From Candidatus Omnitrophota bacterium (GTDB lineage: Bacteria > Omnitrophota > Gorgyraeia > Aquiviventales > Aquiviventaceae): a stretch of DNA of 64,000 nt. Made by a program: the position numbers and the translations under genes. The notes below the pieces were generated by a model that was given only the letters and a program-made list of their open reading frames with translations, was not told where the DNA came from and did not search any database. The stretch is taken from NCBI GenBank assembly GCA_016209275.1, contig JACQWM010000029.1, forward strand, positions 2,692 to 66,691, in the 5' to 3' direction. This document shows, one piece after another, positions 26,950 through 37,556 of this stretch. Numbering within the stretch: position 1 is the first letter of the stretch; every line of letters starts with the position of its first letter.

Positions 26950-27276
26950 TTACAATTTCGTTAGGACGTGAACTCCCAGCCCGATACAGGACATGCCCAC
27001 GAGGGTCCACCCGAACCATGCGGCGGCGGCCCACAACCATGAGCAGCCCATCGCCAGCTGGGCAAATCCTCCCACAAACCGCGCATCCCAGCCTTCCAGA
27101 ACACCGGTGGATCTTGAGAGGATCCGCCCATGGACGCGCTGAGCGTCATGCACCATGTGCCGGGCCAGCAGCACCCCAATCCCGACCGACAACACGCCGA
27201 TCGTCACAATGAGGCCGCTAACCACGTAGGTAGGCATCGCTGAAAGATATTGCCAGTGTAGCAAAGCCGCTTCCAA
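26950..27276 (-). CDS. Hypothetical small membrane protein
   Basis: Two or more hydrophobic segments; ends 6 bp before the mdh-CS start. Confidence 0.45.
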   Translation of the reverse strand: MEAALLHWQYLSAMPTYVVSGLIVTIGVLSVGIGVLLARHMVHDAQRVHGRILSRSTGVLEGWDARFVGGFAQLAMGCSWLWAAAAWFGWTLVGMSCIGLGVHVLTKL

Positions 27277-27342
27277 GCGTCAACCTGTCGTGGACGATAG
27301 ATGGGCGCTGGTCCTGGACACATGCAGCCTAAGATGTGCAGA

Positions 27343-27378
27343 CTAAGGTAGCGCAGGTTTAAACCTGCGCTACCTTAG
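27343..27378. repeat. Perfect 36-bp palindrome, GTAG-type REP-like
   Basis: CTAAGGTAGCGCAGGTTT|AAACCTGCGCTACCTTAG. Confidence 0.85.
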
Positions 27379-27422
27379 CTGCGGTTTTTGCTGACAGCTG
27401 ATCGCTGAGGGCTAGCTGTCAG

Positions 27423-27764
27423 TTATTTTTCTTGCCACAACGAGGACAGCTTCTGACGCAGCGTGGCTTTCGCGCCAGCCTGGGCGAGCATCGACTGCCA
27501 CTGCACCCCCATCGCTTCCAGCACGGCGTCGGCGGCCTTGTCCATCTTGGGTCCCCACGCCTTCTGAAGCTTTTGCTTCAAGATATCAACCTGGACTTCT
27601 TTCATCGCGGTGAAAAACGCGCAGGACCACATGCCGGTTGCACAGTCGATCGGATCGCCGCTGCACCCTGGCGTGCCGCAAGGGCAGCCCTTGCCTGATG
27701 TTGGGCAGCAATCCTGCGATGAAGTTTCCACGTCACACGACCCTGAGTCACATCGTCCAGACAT
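27423..27764 (-). CDS. Hypothetical protein with Cys-rich N-terminus and helical C-terminus
   Basis: 9 Cys in the first 48 aa; GGAGCG RBS-like sequence before ATG. Confidence 0.6.
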   Translation of the reverse strand: MSGRCDSGSCDVETSSQDCCPTSGKGCPCGTPGCSGDPIDCATGMWSCAFFTAMKEVQVDILKQKLQKAWGPKMDKAADAVLEAMGVQWQSMLAQAGAKATLRQKLSSLWQEK

Positions 27765-27787
27765 TGTTTCGCTCCTTTGGCTTCCCG

Positions 27788-27817
27788 TGGAGACAGTCCC
27801 CACGGGGACTGTCTCCA
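27788..27817. repeat. REP-like hairpin
   Basis: TGGAGACAGTCCCC-AC-GGGGACTGTCTCCA. Confidence 0.8.
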
Positions 27818-27921
27818 TTACGCGCCGATGACGCCATCTCCCATGACACCCACCTCCTTTCTGCGCTGGTTGTAATACCAACTAGTTGGTTTTTAACGAA
27901 CGATTAAAAAGCCTCCCCTGA

Positions 27922-28539
27922 TTATCGCGGCGTCCTCTCAAACAACGACTGCACATACCGCCGAAGGTGGCCCAAGCTCTGCTCTTCAATAGACGGATCG
28001 CGCTTGGCCTTCGCCAAGATCTTCGCCCCTTCCATAATGGCAATAAAGTGGTCGGCCAGGCTTTGCGTATCAATGGCCGCTTTCGGGGCGTGCTTCGCCT
28101 TGGCCGCATCCAAATCCTGCTTGAGCCACTGCGCCCAGCGCGCAAACGCTTTCGCGCACTGATCCCGCATGGCCGGGTTCGTTTCCGAGAGCTCCTGCGC
28201 AAACGTGCCCAACAAACACCCTTGCTCTGTCCCGCACTGTGCGGCCATCTTGATGCCGAAATCAATGAAGGCGTACACGCGCCGCAGCGGATCGACGTCA
28301 ACCCCGCCAACCGCCGAGCGCATCTGTTCGCCGGCATGACGGCAGAACCGCTCGAGCAATTCCCTGCCAAGATGCTCCTTGCTCTCAAAATAGTGGAAGA
28401 AGCTGCCCTTCGTCAGTTTGGCGGCTTCGCAGATTTCATCCACGGTCGTGGCGGCATAGCCTTGGGCGAGCATCAGCTTCTCGGCGGCCTCGAGGAGGCG
28501 ATCCTTGGTCGGCGAATCAGTCAGCGCGGCTTTAGCCAT
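27922..28539 (-). CDS. TetR/AcrR-family regulator (NemR-like)
   Basis: GYAATTVDEIC..TKGSFFHYFESKE HTH; GCLLGTFAQE. Confidence 0.9.
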   Translation of the reverse strand: MAKAALTDSPTKDRLLEAAEKLMLAQGYAATTVDEICEAAKLTKGSFFHYFESKEHLGRELLERFCRHAGEQMRSAVGGVDVDPLRRVYAFIDFGIKMAAQCGTEQGCLLGTFAQELSETNPAMRDQCAKAFARWAQWLKQDLDAAKAKHAPKAAIDTQSLADHFIAIMEGAKILAKAKRDPSIEEQSLGHLRRYVQSLFERTPR

Positions 28540-28542
28540 GGC

Positions 28543-28589
28543 ACATACCAGTTAGTATGTTTATACGCTATCGGGGCGCGCCCTGTCAA
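28543..28589 (-). promoter_or_regulatory. tetR promoter (TTGACA-18-TATAAA) with operator-like ACATAC-n6-GTATGT
   Basis: Inverted repeat just upstream of the ATG. Confidence 0.55.
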
Positions 28590-28611
28590 GAGGCGTTTTC
28601 CCTGGCCTGCA

Positions 28612-29640
28612 TCAATAGCTGGTCGGTTCCAATCGCACCTTGCCCCGGAAGATCCAGTAAATGCTCACCGTATACGCCAGCACCATCGGCATGCCCAGCA
28701 GCGCGATGGCCAGCATGATGCGCAACGTCTTCGGCGAGGAGGCGGCATTATAAATCGTGAGGCTGTGCTCAGGCAACGGGTTGGAGAGCACGATATTCGG
28801 ATAGATCCCGACCCCGAAGAGGGCCAGCAGCGCGGCGATGGCGGCACAGGAAGACAGAAACGCTCGGAACTCCCTGCCGAAATAGATTTCCCTGGGGATA
28901 TTGGCGATCGCGAGCATATTCAATACCGGCAGCGCAAACAGCCAGGGGTGTTCCCGGATGTTCACCGGCATATGCGGCATGTAGACCAGTGTGGCCATGG
29001 TCGTGGCGGCATAGCAGATGATGAAGAAAATCATCGCGCGCTGCACCCAGCTTTTGGCCCGGCGCTGCAGTTTGCCTTCGGTTTTCATGACGAGATAAAT
29101 GGCGCCGTGCATCTGAAAAAGTGCGAGGGTCGTGATACCAACCAGCAGCGCGTACGGATTGAGCAAGCCGAGAAATGAGCCGGCGAATTCATGCTCGGCG
29201 GTCAGCGGCACACCGCGCGCGATATTCCCCAAGGCGATCCCAATGAGCAGGCTGCACAGGATGCTGCTTGCGCTAAAACTCATATCCCACATCGCGCGCC
29301 ACCATCGCATGGGCTGCTTGCTGCGAAACTCAATCGCCACCGCGCGGAAGATCAGCGCGGCGAGCAGCAGCATGAGCGCCGTGTAAAATCCTGAGAAGAC
29401 CGTCGCGTACACCATGGGAAAGGCAGCGAAGAGCGCACCGCCCCCGGTCACGAGCCACACTTCATTGCCGTCCCAGACCGGGCCGATGGCATTGAGCATG
29501 AGCCGCCGCTCCTCATCGGTCTTGCTGAACAGATGCAGCGACCCGACCCCCAAATCAAAGCCATCCAGCATGGCATAGCCGGTCAGCAACGCGCCGACGA
29601 GCCAGAACCAGAGGGTGGGAAGATCGAAACTAAAAGGCAT
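28612..29640 (-). CDS. cydB: Cytochrome bd oxidase subunit II
   Basis: LDGFDLGVG, GPVWDGNEVWL. Confidence 0.95.
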   Translation of the reverse strand: MPFSFDLPTLWFWLVGALLTGYAMLDGFDLGVGSLHLFSKTDEERRLMLNAIGPVWDGNEVWLVTGGGALFAAFPMVYATVFSGFYTALMLLLAALIFRAVAIEFRSKQPMRWWRAMWDMSFSASSILCSLLIGIALGNIARGVPLTAEHEFAGSFLGLLNPYALLVGITTLALFQMHGAIYLVMKTEGKLQRRAKSWVQRAMIFFIICYAATTMATLVYMPHMPVNIREHPWLFALPVLNMLAIANIPREIYFGREFRAFLSSCAAIAALLALFGVGIYPNIVLSNPLPEHSLTIYNAASSPKTLRIMLAIALLGMPMVLAYTVSIYWIFRGKVRLEPTSY

Positions 29641-30982
29641 GGCGGGTGTAGACGCCGGAGGCTTCGTCTTCCGCCGGTCCCCGGCGGATTTTCTGATCCA
29701 AGAGAAAAATAAACAGCGCGAAGAGCAGGACGTAGATCACGGTAAACATGATCAGCGACGACAATACCGCCGAGGCGCTCACGACTTTCGAAACCCCCTC
29801 GCTCGTGCGCATCAGTCCATAGACGATCCACGGCTGCCGGCCGATTTCCGCCGCGGCCCAGCCGAGCTGATTGGCGATCTGCGGCCCGAGCACCGAGAAG
29901 ACAAAGCACCATAAGAGCCAGCGTCGATCGAACAGGCTGCCGCGCCACAGATGCCACCATCCTAAGACGCTCAAGCCCAACAAGGCGCCCCCAATGATCA
30001 CCATCCCGTGAAACGCTTGAAAGGTGACATTCACCGGCGGCCAGTCGCCAGGCGGCGCGGACTCCAGACCGGTGAGAGGATGCGTCGGATCCCCGGAGAC
30101 GAGCCAGCTCAACAACCCCGGCACCGCTATGCCGTGCACGCGCCGCTGCGTTTCATCCACCCAGCCGATCAAGTGCAGCGGAGCCGGCGCTGAGGCTGAA
30201 TAATGGCCCTCAAACGCCGCCAACTTCAGCGGTTGATGGCGAGCCACCACCACACCGCTCGCATGCCCGGTCAGCACCTGCAAGATGGAAGCGACGAGTG
30301 CCGCGGTCAACCCGATGCGCATTGAGGATTTGGCGAAGGCCAGATGTCGGCGCTTCAACAAATAATACGCGCTGACACTCAGCACGAGAAACGCCCCGGC
30401 CTGCCACGCCCCCATCAGCACGTGAGCCAGGCGCTGCATCGATGAAGGATTAAACACCATCGCCCAAAAATCAGTGATCTCTGCTCGGGCCATTCCACCA
30501 TGGTCCACAATATGAAATCCCGCTGGGGTTTGCATCCAGGAGTTGGCGACGACGATCCACACCGCGCTGAACATCGAGCCGAGGGCGACCATGACGGTGG
30601 AGAAAAAATGCATCCGGGGGCTGACGCGATTCCACCCGAAGATCAGCACCGCGAGAAACCCTGACTCGAGAAAAAAGGCGAAAATCCCCTCGGCCGCCAG
30701 CGCACTGCCAAACACATCGCCTACGTAGCGCGAATACGTCGCCCAATTGGTGCCGAACTCAAACTCCATCACGATGCCCGTCGCCACCCCCATGGCAAAG
30801 GTCAGCGCAAAAATATTCACCCAAAACTTGGCCATCTGATGATAGAGCGGCTTGCGCGTTTTCAGCCACAACCCTTCCATGATCACGAGGATGACGCCGA
30901 GGCCGATGGAGAGCGGCGGGTAGAGATAGTGGAAGCCGATCGTCAGCGCAAACTGCAGCCTGGACAGCCACACGACATCCAT
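29630..30982 (-). CDS. cydA: Cytochrome bd oxidase subunit I
   Basis: [35 protein letters not shown]. Confidence 0.95.
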   Translation of the reverse strand: MDVVWLSRLQFALTIGFHYLYPPLSIGLGVILVIMEGLWLKTRKPLYHQMAKFWVNIFALTFAMGVATGIVMEFEFGTNWATYSRYVGDVFGSALAAEGIFAFFLESGFLAVLIFGWNRVSPRMHFFSTVMVALGSMFSAVWIVVANSWMQTPAGFHIVDHGGMARAEITDFWAMVFNPSSMQRLAHVLMGAWQAGAFLVLSVSAYYLLKRRHLAFAKSSMRIGLTAALVASILQVLTGHASGVVVARHQPLKLAAFEGHYSASAPAPLHLIGWVDETQRRVHGIAVPGLLSWLVSGDPTHPLTGLESAPPGDWPPVNVTFQAFHGMVIIGGALLGLSVLGWWHLWRGSLFDRRWLLWCFVFSVLGPQIANQLGWAAAEIGRQPWIVYGLMRTSEGVSKVVSASAVLSSLIMFTVIYVLLFALFIFLLDQKIRRGPAEDEASGVYTRHAF

Positions 30983-31058
30983 GGGAGTATCCTAGCAAAA
31001 AACAGCCTTCATCTCATCTACAGGCTATGTGCATTGTTCCGGCTGGAATAACTTTTTG

Positions 31059-31087
31059 TTGACTCCGTCTCAAGAAAATACTATTAT
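31059..31087 (+). promoter_or_regulatory. Sigma70-type promoter for lexA
   Basis: TTGACT-17-TATTAT. Confidence 0.6.
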
Positions 31088-31131
31088 CGAAAGTAAATAG
31101 AAAACTCTACCGGTAGGGAAACAACCGCAAA

Positions 31132-31731
31132 ATGACGCTCACCAAGAGACAAAAGCAAGTCCTCGATTTCATCAAGAGCTTCATCAAGAAGTACGACTAC
31201 GCGCCCTCCCTGGAAGAAGTCAAAAAGCATCTGGGGCTTGCCTCTGTCTCGACCGCTCATTTCCACGTTCAAACCCTGCAGCAGAAGGGTTTTCTTCGAA
31301 AGGACGACAATCGGCCACGGGCCATTGAAATCAGCAAGAACGGCGGAGCCAACGTCCGAGAAATCCAGTTGGCAGGCACCATCGCGGCCGGCCAGCCCAT
31401 CGAAGCAATCGAGGGCCACGACACCATTCAGGTTCCCGCGCTCTTGGTGCCAAACAAAGGCCGCAAGTATTTTGCGCTCAAGGTCAAGGGCGACAGCTTG
31501 ATTGAGGATGGCATTCTGGACGGCGACGTCGTCATCGCGGAGCAAACCAGCACCGCCAAAAATGGCGACCTGGTCGTCGCGCTGACTGAAAATCACGAGG
31601 CGACCTTGAAGTATTTCTACAAAGAGAAAAGCCGCATTCGGCTTGAGCCGCGCAACCGCGCCCTCAAGCCGTTGTTTCTAAAAACCTGTATGGTCCGAGG
31701 AAGGTTTGTTTCGCTCCTCAGAGGGATATGA
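31132..31731 (+). CDS. lexA: LexA repressor
   Basis: LTKRQ..APSLEEV HTH, AAG cleavage site, GDS serine, ATLK lysine. Confidence 0.92.
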   Translation: MTLTKRQKQVLDFIKSFIKKYDYAPSLEEVKKHLGLASVSTAHFHVQTLQQKGFLRKDDNRPRAIEISKNGGANVREIQLAGTIAAGQPIEAIEGHDTIQVPALLVPNKGRKYFALKVKGDSLIEDGILDGDVVIAEQTSTAKNGDLVVALTENHEATLKYFYKEKSRIRLEPRNRALKPLFLKTCMVRGRFVSLLRGI

Positions 31732-31783
31732 AATAGTCTGTGCCCGCTGGTGTTGTCCTTCGGTATGATGGAGTAAGAATTGT

Positions 31784-32698
31784 ATGAGTGTTCCGCACCC
31801 AATTCCATATCAAGGTAGCAAACGCGCTCTTGCCGCCGCCATTCTCTCCTACTTTCCACCCAACACAAACAGGCTTGTAGAACCTTTTGCCGGATCAGCT
31901 GCCATTTCACTCGCCGCTGCCTATCACAGAAAAGCAAGCCGTTTTCTTCTGAATGATACGAATCCTGCTCTGATGAGTTTGTGGCGAGGAATCATTAACC
32001 AGCCGGAGTCAATTGCTCGGGAGTACCGGAAGCTTTGGGAGGCTCAGCTAGGACAAGAGAGAGGGTACTACGACCTGATTAGACAGCGGTTCAATACGAT
32101 GCAACGGCCAGACCATTTCTTATATTTACTTGCACGGTGCGTCAAGGCTTCGGTTCGCTACAATTCCTATGGGGAGTTCAATCAAAGCCCAGATAATCGC
32201 AGGAAGGGCACTAACCCAGTAACGATGCGGGCACACGTCGTAAGGGCATCTCGGCTCCTCGCCGACAAGACACAAATTACGTGCAGGGACTACTTAGATG
32301 TACTTCGAGACGTTAAACGGGATGATGTTATCTATATGGATCCTCCATATCAAGGGGTTTGTGGTGAGAGGGATCAGAGATACATTAGCAAAGTTGCGTT
32401 TGATTTTTTTGTCAAAGCTCTTCAGAACCTTAACGACAGGAAGATCTTTTATATTTTGAGTTACGATGGACGGACTGGTTCGAAAAAATACGGGCGTCCC
32501 CTTCCGAAGAATCTTACTCTAACGCACATCGAAGTCGATGCCGGAAGATCAACTCAATCAACTTTGCTCGGGCGAAACGCAAGAACTTATGAATCCATCT
32601 ATTTGTCTCCTTCATTGGTCGCCGTGCTTGAGAAGTTAACTCCGACAACTCAGCCTCTTGAGCCTCAAGAACAGCTGATCTTCGCAGAGGCCTTATGA
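31784..32698 (+). CDS. DNA adenine methyltransferase (Dam/D12 class)
   Basis: PYQGSK, EPFAGS, DPPY. Confidence 0.9.
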   Translation: MSVPHPIPYQGSKRALAAAILSYFPPNTNRLVEPFAGSAAISLAAAYHRKASRFLLNDTNPALMSLWRGIINQPESIAREYRKLWEAQLGQERGYYDLIRQRFNTMQRPDHFLYLLARCVKASVRYNSYGEFNQSPDNRRKGTNPVTMRAHVVRASRLLADKTQITCRDYLDVLRDVKRDDVIYMDPPYQGVCGERDQRYISKVAFDFFVKALQNLNDRKIFYILSYDGRTGSKKYGRPLPKNLTLTHIEVDAGRSTQSTLLGRNARTYESIYLSPSLVAVLEKLTPTTQPLEPQEQLIFAEAL

Positions 32699-33426
32699 GG
32701 AAAGGACAGAAACTTCCTGCGAAATTCTTAGAGGCGCTAAAAGCCGTTACGAACAAGCGCCCAAGAATCGTTATTGAGCATATCCTCAAACATGGCTTTA
32801 TAACCACAGAAGAGCTTGAGTCAAAATATGGATATAGCCATCCTCCGAGAGCCGCGCGCGACGTACGGGAACAAGGAATTCCGCTTGAGACCGTTCGAGT
32901 CAAGAGTAAGGGGGGTCGGAGCATCGCAGCTTACAGGTTTGCCGATTTCAGTAAAGTTCGAGAAGACCGAATAGACGGCAGGCAAGTATTTTCGAAGCTA
33001 TTTAAGAAAAAGCTGGTCAAGGAATCCAGTTGCCGCTGTTATATCTGTCTGGAGAAGTACGAAGAAAGATACCTCCAGGTAGATCATCGAATTCCGTATG
33101 AAGTATCTGGGGATGCGGCATCCGAAATGCGACATCCTCGTGAGTACATGCTGATCTGTGGTTCCTGTAATAGAGCGAAATCGTGGTCGTGTGAGCATTG
33201 TTCAAATTGGCTGGAACAAAAATCTCCCCAAGTCTGTCTCTCTTGCTACTGGGCCAGCCCAGAGTCTTATAAACACATAGCCCTGAGACGCATCAGAAGA
33301 CTTGATGTGATCTGGACTGACCATGAAGTGGAGGTTTACGAGCGCCTTAAGAGGCGCACCGAAATTGTTCAACAACATATGCCAGACTACGTCAAGGCTG
33401 TGATCAAGAAACACTTGGACGCATAA
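32695..33426 (+). CDS. HNH restriction endonuclease (SphI-like), partner of the MTase
   Basis: ATGA overlap with the MTase; GYSHPPRAARD, CYIC, QVDHRIPY, CGSCNRAKSWSCEHC, CLSCYWASPE. Confidence 0.8.
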   Translation: MRKGQKLPAKFLEALKAVTNKRPRIVIEHILKHGFITTEELESKYGYSHPPRAARDVREQGIPLETVRVKSKGGRSIAAYRFADFSKVREDRIDGRQVFSKLFKKKLVKESSCRCYICLEKYEERYLQVDHRIPYEVSGDAASEMRHPREYMLICGSCNRAKSWSCEHCSNWLEQKSPQVCLSCYWASPESYKHIALRRIRRLDVIWTDHEVEVYERLKRRTEIVQQHMPDYVKAVIKKHLDA

Positions 33427-33501
33427 GAAGCAGGGTTTGGTTAGGTTAGTAGGCAACCGCTGGATGATTGGGCCCAAGTGATTTTCGAGGAGGTATCGGG
33501 A

Positions 33502-33711
33502 ATGAGCGGCGGGCAAATCCGAAATCGATGTCATGCTTGCGGCGGGAGTGGAGTGCTGGCCCCTGCCATGCCCTCGTGTAAGATTCTGGCGCGGAAGGAG
33601 CCGTGGATCGTGGTCGAGAAATGCGACGCTTGCGATCGATACGTTGATGATTTGACCGCAGCCTCATCTACCTTTTCTTTGCCTCACAAAAGCCCGTTGC
33701 GAAGACCATAG
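33502..33711 (+). CDS. Small zinc-ribbon-like protein, possibly a fragment
   Basis: GAGGAGG RBS; CHAC...CDAC. Confidence 0.4.
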   Translation: MSGGQIRNRCHACGGSGVLAPAMPSCKILARKEPWIVVEKCDACDRYVDDLTAASSTFSLPHKSPLRRP

Positions 33712-33751
33712 TTGATCATATCTTCCGAAAGTATAAGAACAAGGGAAAGTA

Positions 33752-34540
33752 ATGGCAGAATATTCATCAATTGAATGGACGGATGCGACCTGGAATCCTG
33801 TAACCGGTTGCACAAAGGTTAGCCCGGGGTGCAAGCACTGCTATGCGGAGGCATTCGCGGAGCGATGGCGGGGTATCAAGGGGCATCCCTACGAGCAGGG
33901 GTTTAATCTAAGACTTTGGCCGGAGAGACTAGAGTTGCCGCTTCGCTGGAAGGAGCGGCGAAAGATTTTCGTCAACTCTATGTCTGATCTGTTTCACAAG
34001 GATGTGCCAGACGAGTTTATCGGTAAGGTCTTCGATGTCATGCGACAGGCGAACTGGCACATTTTTCAGCTTTTGACAAAGCGTCCTGAGCGGATGAGAG
34101 CGTGGTCAAACACATACTTCTGCTCGAGCGATTATCCCCCGAACGGCAAACACGTCTGGCCGGAGCACGTCTGGGCAGGCGTATCTGTGGAAACGCAGGC
34201 CTACGTCTCACGCATTCGTGATCTGCAACACGTTCCGGCGAAGATTCGCTTTCTCTCAATAGAGCCGATGCTTGGGCCAGTGGAGCTCGATAGCTCGCTG
34301 CTTGAAGGGATACATTGGGTCATCGTCGGTGGCGAGAGCGGTCCTTCTGCGCGTCCTATGAATCCTGAATGGGTCTACGCAATCCTGAAACAATGCAGAC
34401 AGCATTGCGTTAAGTTTTTCTTCAAGCAATGGGGTGCCCACACGCCCGACGGACGACGGGTAGGCAAAAAAGCTGCCGGAAGACTCCTCAAGGGACGGAC
34501 ATGGGACGAGATGCCAGTGGAGCTAACGTTAGTGAGCTAA
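33752..34540 (+). CDS. DUF5131 (phage Gp37/Gp68 family) protein
   Basis: [53 protein letters not shown]. Confidence 0.92.
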   Translation: MAEYSSIEWTDATWNPVTGCTKVSPGCKHCYAEAFAERWRGIKGHPYEQGFNLRLWPERLELPLRWKERRKIFVNSMSDLFHKDVPDEFIGKVFDVMRQANWHIFQLLTKRPERMRAWSNTYFCSSDYPPNGKHVWPEHVWAGVSVETQAYVSRIRDLQHVPAKIRFLSIEPMLGPVELDSSLLEGIHWVIVGGESGPSARPMNPEWVYAILKQCRQHCVKFFFKQWGAHTPDGRRVGKKAAGRLLKGRTWDEMPVELTLVS

Positions 34541-34548
34541 TAATCCCA

Positions 34549-35151
34549 CTAAATGAAACCACCTCTGGCGATCTCGGAATGGCGGAAGCAGGAGATGACA
34601 TGGTCGTTGACCATGCCGGTCGCTTGCATGTGCGCGTAGCAGATGGTCGAGCCGACGAAGCGAAAGCCAAGACGCTTCAATTTCTTGCTCATCGCCTCCG
34701 ATGCTTTCGTCGTCACTGGCAGATCCTTGATCCGCCGCCAGCGATTGACAATCGGCTTGCCGTCGACGAATTGCCACATGAGACGGCTAAAACTGCCCTG
34801 CGCTTCTTGAACCTCGAGGAAGGCGCGGGCATTGGCGATCGCCCCTTCGATCTTCAGCCGGTTGCGGATAATGCCGGCATCGCGCAGGAGTGCCTGGATC
34901 TTCGGCCGGCCATAGCGGGCGATCTTCGTCGGGTCAAATTGATCGAAGGCGGCTCGAAACGCTTCGCGCTTTTTCAGGACAGTGACCCAACTTAAACCCG
35001 CCTGCATGCCTTCAAGAATCAGGAACTCAAAGAGCTTGCGATCCTCATGCAGCGGCACCCCCCACTCGGTGTCATGATAGCTCATCATGATCTCGGGCTG
35101 GCGGCTCCAATCACCCCACTCGCAGCGCTGTCGCACCGCCCTCATCAGCAA
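34549..35151 (-). CDS. tag: DNA-3-methyladenine glycosylase I
   Basis: [32 protein letters not shown]. Confidence 0.95.
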   Translation of the reverse strand: MLMRAVRQRCEWGDWSRQPEIMMSYHDTEWGVPLHEDRKLFEFLILEGMQAGLSWVTVLKKREAFRAAFDQFDPTKIARYGRPKIQALLRDAGIIRNRLKIEGAIANARAFLEVQEAQGSFSRLMWQFVDGKPIVNRWRRIKDLPVTTKASEAMSKKLKRLGFRFVGSTICYAHMQATGMVNDHVISCFRHSEIARGGFI

Positions 35152-36200
35152 ATCCTCGGGAGCTGCTCGCCGCTGAACAAATCGAGCATCCGTTGAGAGC
35201 CAATGGCGTTGTGAACTGTCACCTGCGATGGGGCGGCATCCGCCACATACCCGATGAGGGTGGCATCGCGCCCCAATGGATGCGAGCGCATCAGCTCCAA
35301 CGCCCGCGAGGCGTCATCGGCGGCGACAAAGGCCACGCACCGTCCTTCATTCGCCACATACAGCGGATCCAGCCCTAACAACTCGCACGCGCCGCGGACT
35401 TCTTCTTGGATCGGCAGCACGGTTTCATCGATGTCGATAGAGACCTTGGCAGCGTGCGCGATTTCAATCAGGCCGCTGGCCAGCCCGCCGCGCGTCAAAT
35501 CGCGCAGGCAATGCACCTGCATCTTCGCCGCCAGCAGCCGTGCGACCAGATCGGCCAGGGGTGCTGTGTCGCTTTCGATGGTCGTCTCGAAATTCAATCC
35601 CTCGCGCACCGCCATGATCGCAATCCCATGACGCCCCAGATCACCCGAGAGCAGCACTGCATCCCCTGCCCGCACTTGACTCGGAGCAATCACCACACCG
35701 GCAGGCACGACTCCGACACCTGAGGTGTTAATGAACAACCCGTCGCCCTTGCCCTTCTCGACCACTTTGGTGTCACCGGTGACGACCGAGACGTTGGCCG
35801 ACTTCGCCGCGTGCTGAATCGACTGAATCACGCGCCAGAGGGTCTCCATCGGCAGCCCTTCTTCTAGAATAAACCCAAGACTCAGCCAGAGTGGGCAAGC
35901 CCCGCACATCGCCAAATCATTCACCGTGCCGTTGACCGCAAGCCGGCCAATGTCGCCACCGGGAAAGATCAACGGCTGGACGACGTACGAGTCGGTGGTG
36001 AAGGCCAGCCGAACCCCCTGAAGATCCATCACGGCTCCATCATGCCGCATCCCAAGCCAGGGATTATTGAACGCAGGCAGCATGAGGCGCTCAATCAATT
36101 GTTGCGTGAGCTTGCCGCCGCCGCCATGGCCCAAGAGCACAGTTGGGTAGTCTGTCAGCGGAATGGGGCAGGCCAGCGGAAATCCTGTCGTGAGGCTCAT
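35145..36200 (-). CDS. hypE: Hydrogenase maturation protein HypE
   Basis: [21 protein letters not shown]-terminal PRIC. Confidence 0.95.
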   Translation of the reverse strand: MSLTTGFPLACPIPLTDYPTVLLGHGGGGKLTQQLIERLMLPAFNNPWLGMRHDGAVMDLQGVRLAFTTDSYVVQPLIFPGGDIGRLAVNGTVNDLAMCGACPLWLSLGFILEEGLPMETLWRVIQSIQHAAKSANVSVVTGDTKVVEKGKGDGLFINTSGVGVVPAGVVIAPSQVRAGDAVLLSGDLGRHGIAIMAVREGLNFETTIESDTAPLADLVARLLAAKMQVHCLRDLTRGGLASGLIEIAHAAKVSIDIDETVLPIQEEVRGACELLGLDPLYVANEGRCVAFVAADDASRALELMRSHPLGRDATLIGYVADAAPSQVTVHNAIGSQRMLDLFSGEQLPRIC

Positions 36201-37309
36201 GCGACGGCTTCCGATGGTGCGGCGGCCGGCCGCCGATACCGATAGTACGCCGCGCAGGCTCCCTCCGATGAGACCATGGTGGCTCCCAGGGGACGCTCCG
36301 GCGTGCATCGTGTTCCGAACGCCGGACATTCGATCGGCTTCTTGATGCCTTGCAGGATCAGGCCGCTGATGCACTCAGAGGATTCCTCCGCGCTCAGCGT
36401 TGCGACGTCGAACCGCAGCGCCGCATCAAACGCGTCGTAGGGCGCTCGCAATCCGAGCCCGCTGCGGGCAATCGGGCCGATGCCTCGCCATTTGCGCGGC
36501 ACGATCTCGAAGACTTCGCGGATCGCCCACATCGCCTGCGCATTGCCCTCGCGCCGCACCGCGCGCGTGTATTGGTTTTCGACCTCGGCCCGGCCCTCTT
36601 CAAGCTGCGCAACACACATCAGCACGCCGTGCAGGATATCCAACGGCTCAAACCCGGTGACGACGATTGGCACGCGATACCTGGCGGCGATCGGCTCATA
36701 CTCGGTGTACCCCATGATGGCGCAGACATGGCCGGCCGCCAGAAATCCTTGGACGGTGTTGTGAGGCGAGGAGAGCACGGCCTCCATCGCCGGTGGAACC
36801 AGCACATGCGAAACGAGCATCGAAAAATTCGTCAGATGCTGCTGCGAAGCCAACACCACCGCCATCGCGGTTGAGGGCGCGGTGGTTTCAAATCCCACGG
36901 CGAAAAAGACCACTTCGCGATCCGGATGCTCTCGGGCAAGGGCGACCGCATCCACCGGGGAATAGACGATGCGCACCTCCGCCCCGGCAGCTTTCGCCGC
37001 AAACAGATCCTGGGACGTGCCCGGCACGCGCAGCATGTCGCCGAAGCTGCAGAAGATCACCTCGGGCCGCTGCGCAATGGCGATGGCTTGATCGACGAGC
37101 TCAACCGACGTCACGCACACCGGGCAGCCCGGCCCGTGCACCAATGTGATGAGCTTCGGCAGCAACTCATCGATACCGAAGCGCACGATGGCATGGGTCT
37201 GGCCGCCGCAGACTTCCATGAGCGTCCAAGGGCGTTTGGTGATCTTCGTAATCGCCGAAGCGATGCCACGGATGGCTTTCGCATCGCGATACTCGTCAAG
37301 AAATCGCAT
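36197..37309 (-). CDS. hypD: Hydrogenase maturation protein HypD
   Basis: [33 protein letters not shown]. Confidence 0.95.
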   Translation of the reverse strand: MRFLDEYRDAKAIRGIASAITKITKRPWTLMEVCGGQTHAIVRFGIDELLPKLITLVHGPGCPVCVTSVELVDQAIAIAQRPEVIFCSFGDMLRVPGTSQDLFAAKAAGAEVRIVYSPVDAVALAREHPDREVVFFAVGFETTAPSTAMAVVLASQQHLTNFSMLVSHVLVPPAMEAVLSSPHNTVQGFLAAGHVCAIMGYTEYEPIAARYRVPIVVTGFEPLDILHGVLMCVAQLEEGRAEVENQYTRAVRREGNAQAMWAIREVFEIVPRKWRGIGPIARSGLGLRAPYDAFDAALRFDVATLSAEESSECISGLILQGIKKPIECPAFGTRCTPERPLGATMVSSEGACAAYYRYRRPAAAPSEAVA

Positions 37310-37556
37310 CGCGCGGTGCGAGCTCCTTCAGTTCATCGATCTGCTGCAAATAGTCAAATACGCGGGTGGCTTCTGCCTCATTCACCTTGCTGATGGCGAA
37401 TCCCACATGCACGATGACAAAGTCGCCCACGTGGGCGTCTGGCACAAACGACAGGTTCACCTGTTTCGTGATCCCGCCGAAACTCACGACACCGGCGCGA
37501 GCCACCCCTGCTGATTCCGTAATCTGAAGAATTTTCCCAGGAACGCCAAGGCACAT
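37296..37556 (-). CDS. hypC: Hydrogenase maturation protein HypC
   Basis: [16 protein letters not shown]. Confidence 0.95.
   Translation of the reverse strand: MCLGVPGKILQITESAGVARAGVVSFGGITKQVNLSFVPDAHVGDFVIVHVGFAISKVNEAEATRVFDYLQQIDELKELAPRDAIS

Noticed and set aside
31059-31105. Possible Fur half-site (GTCTCAA) and LexA box (GAAA-n7-GAAA) near the lexA promoter
   Set aside because: Spacing differs from the fur operator, and the similar sequence at about 33726 has different spacing; too weak to call
33752-34540. Prophage, because of the phage Gp37/Gp68 family name
   Set aside because: No integrase, structural or replication genes nearby
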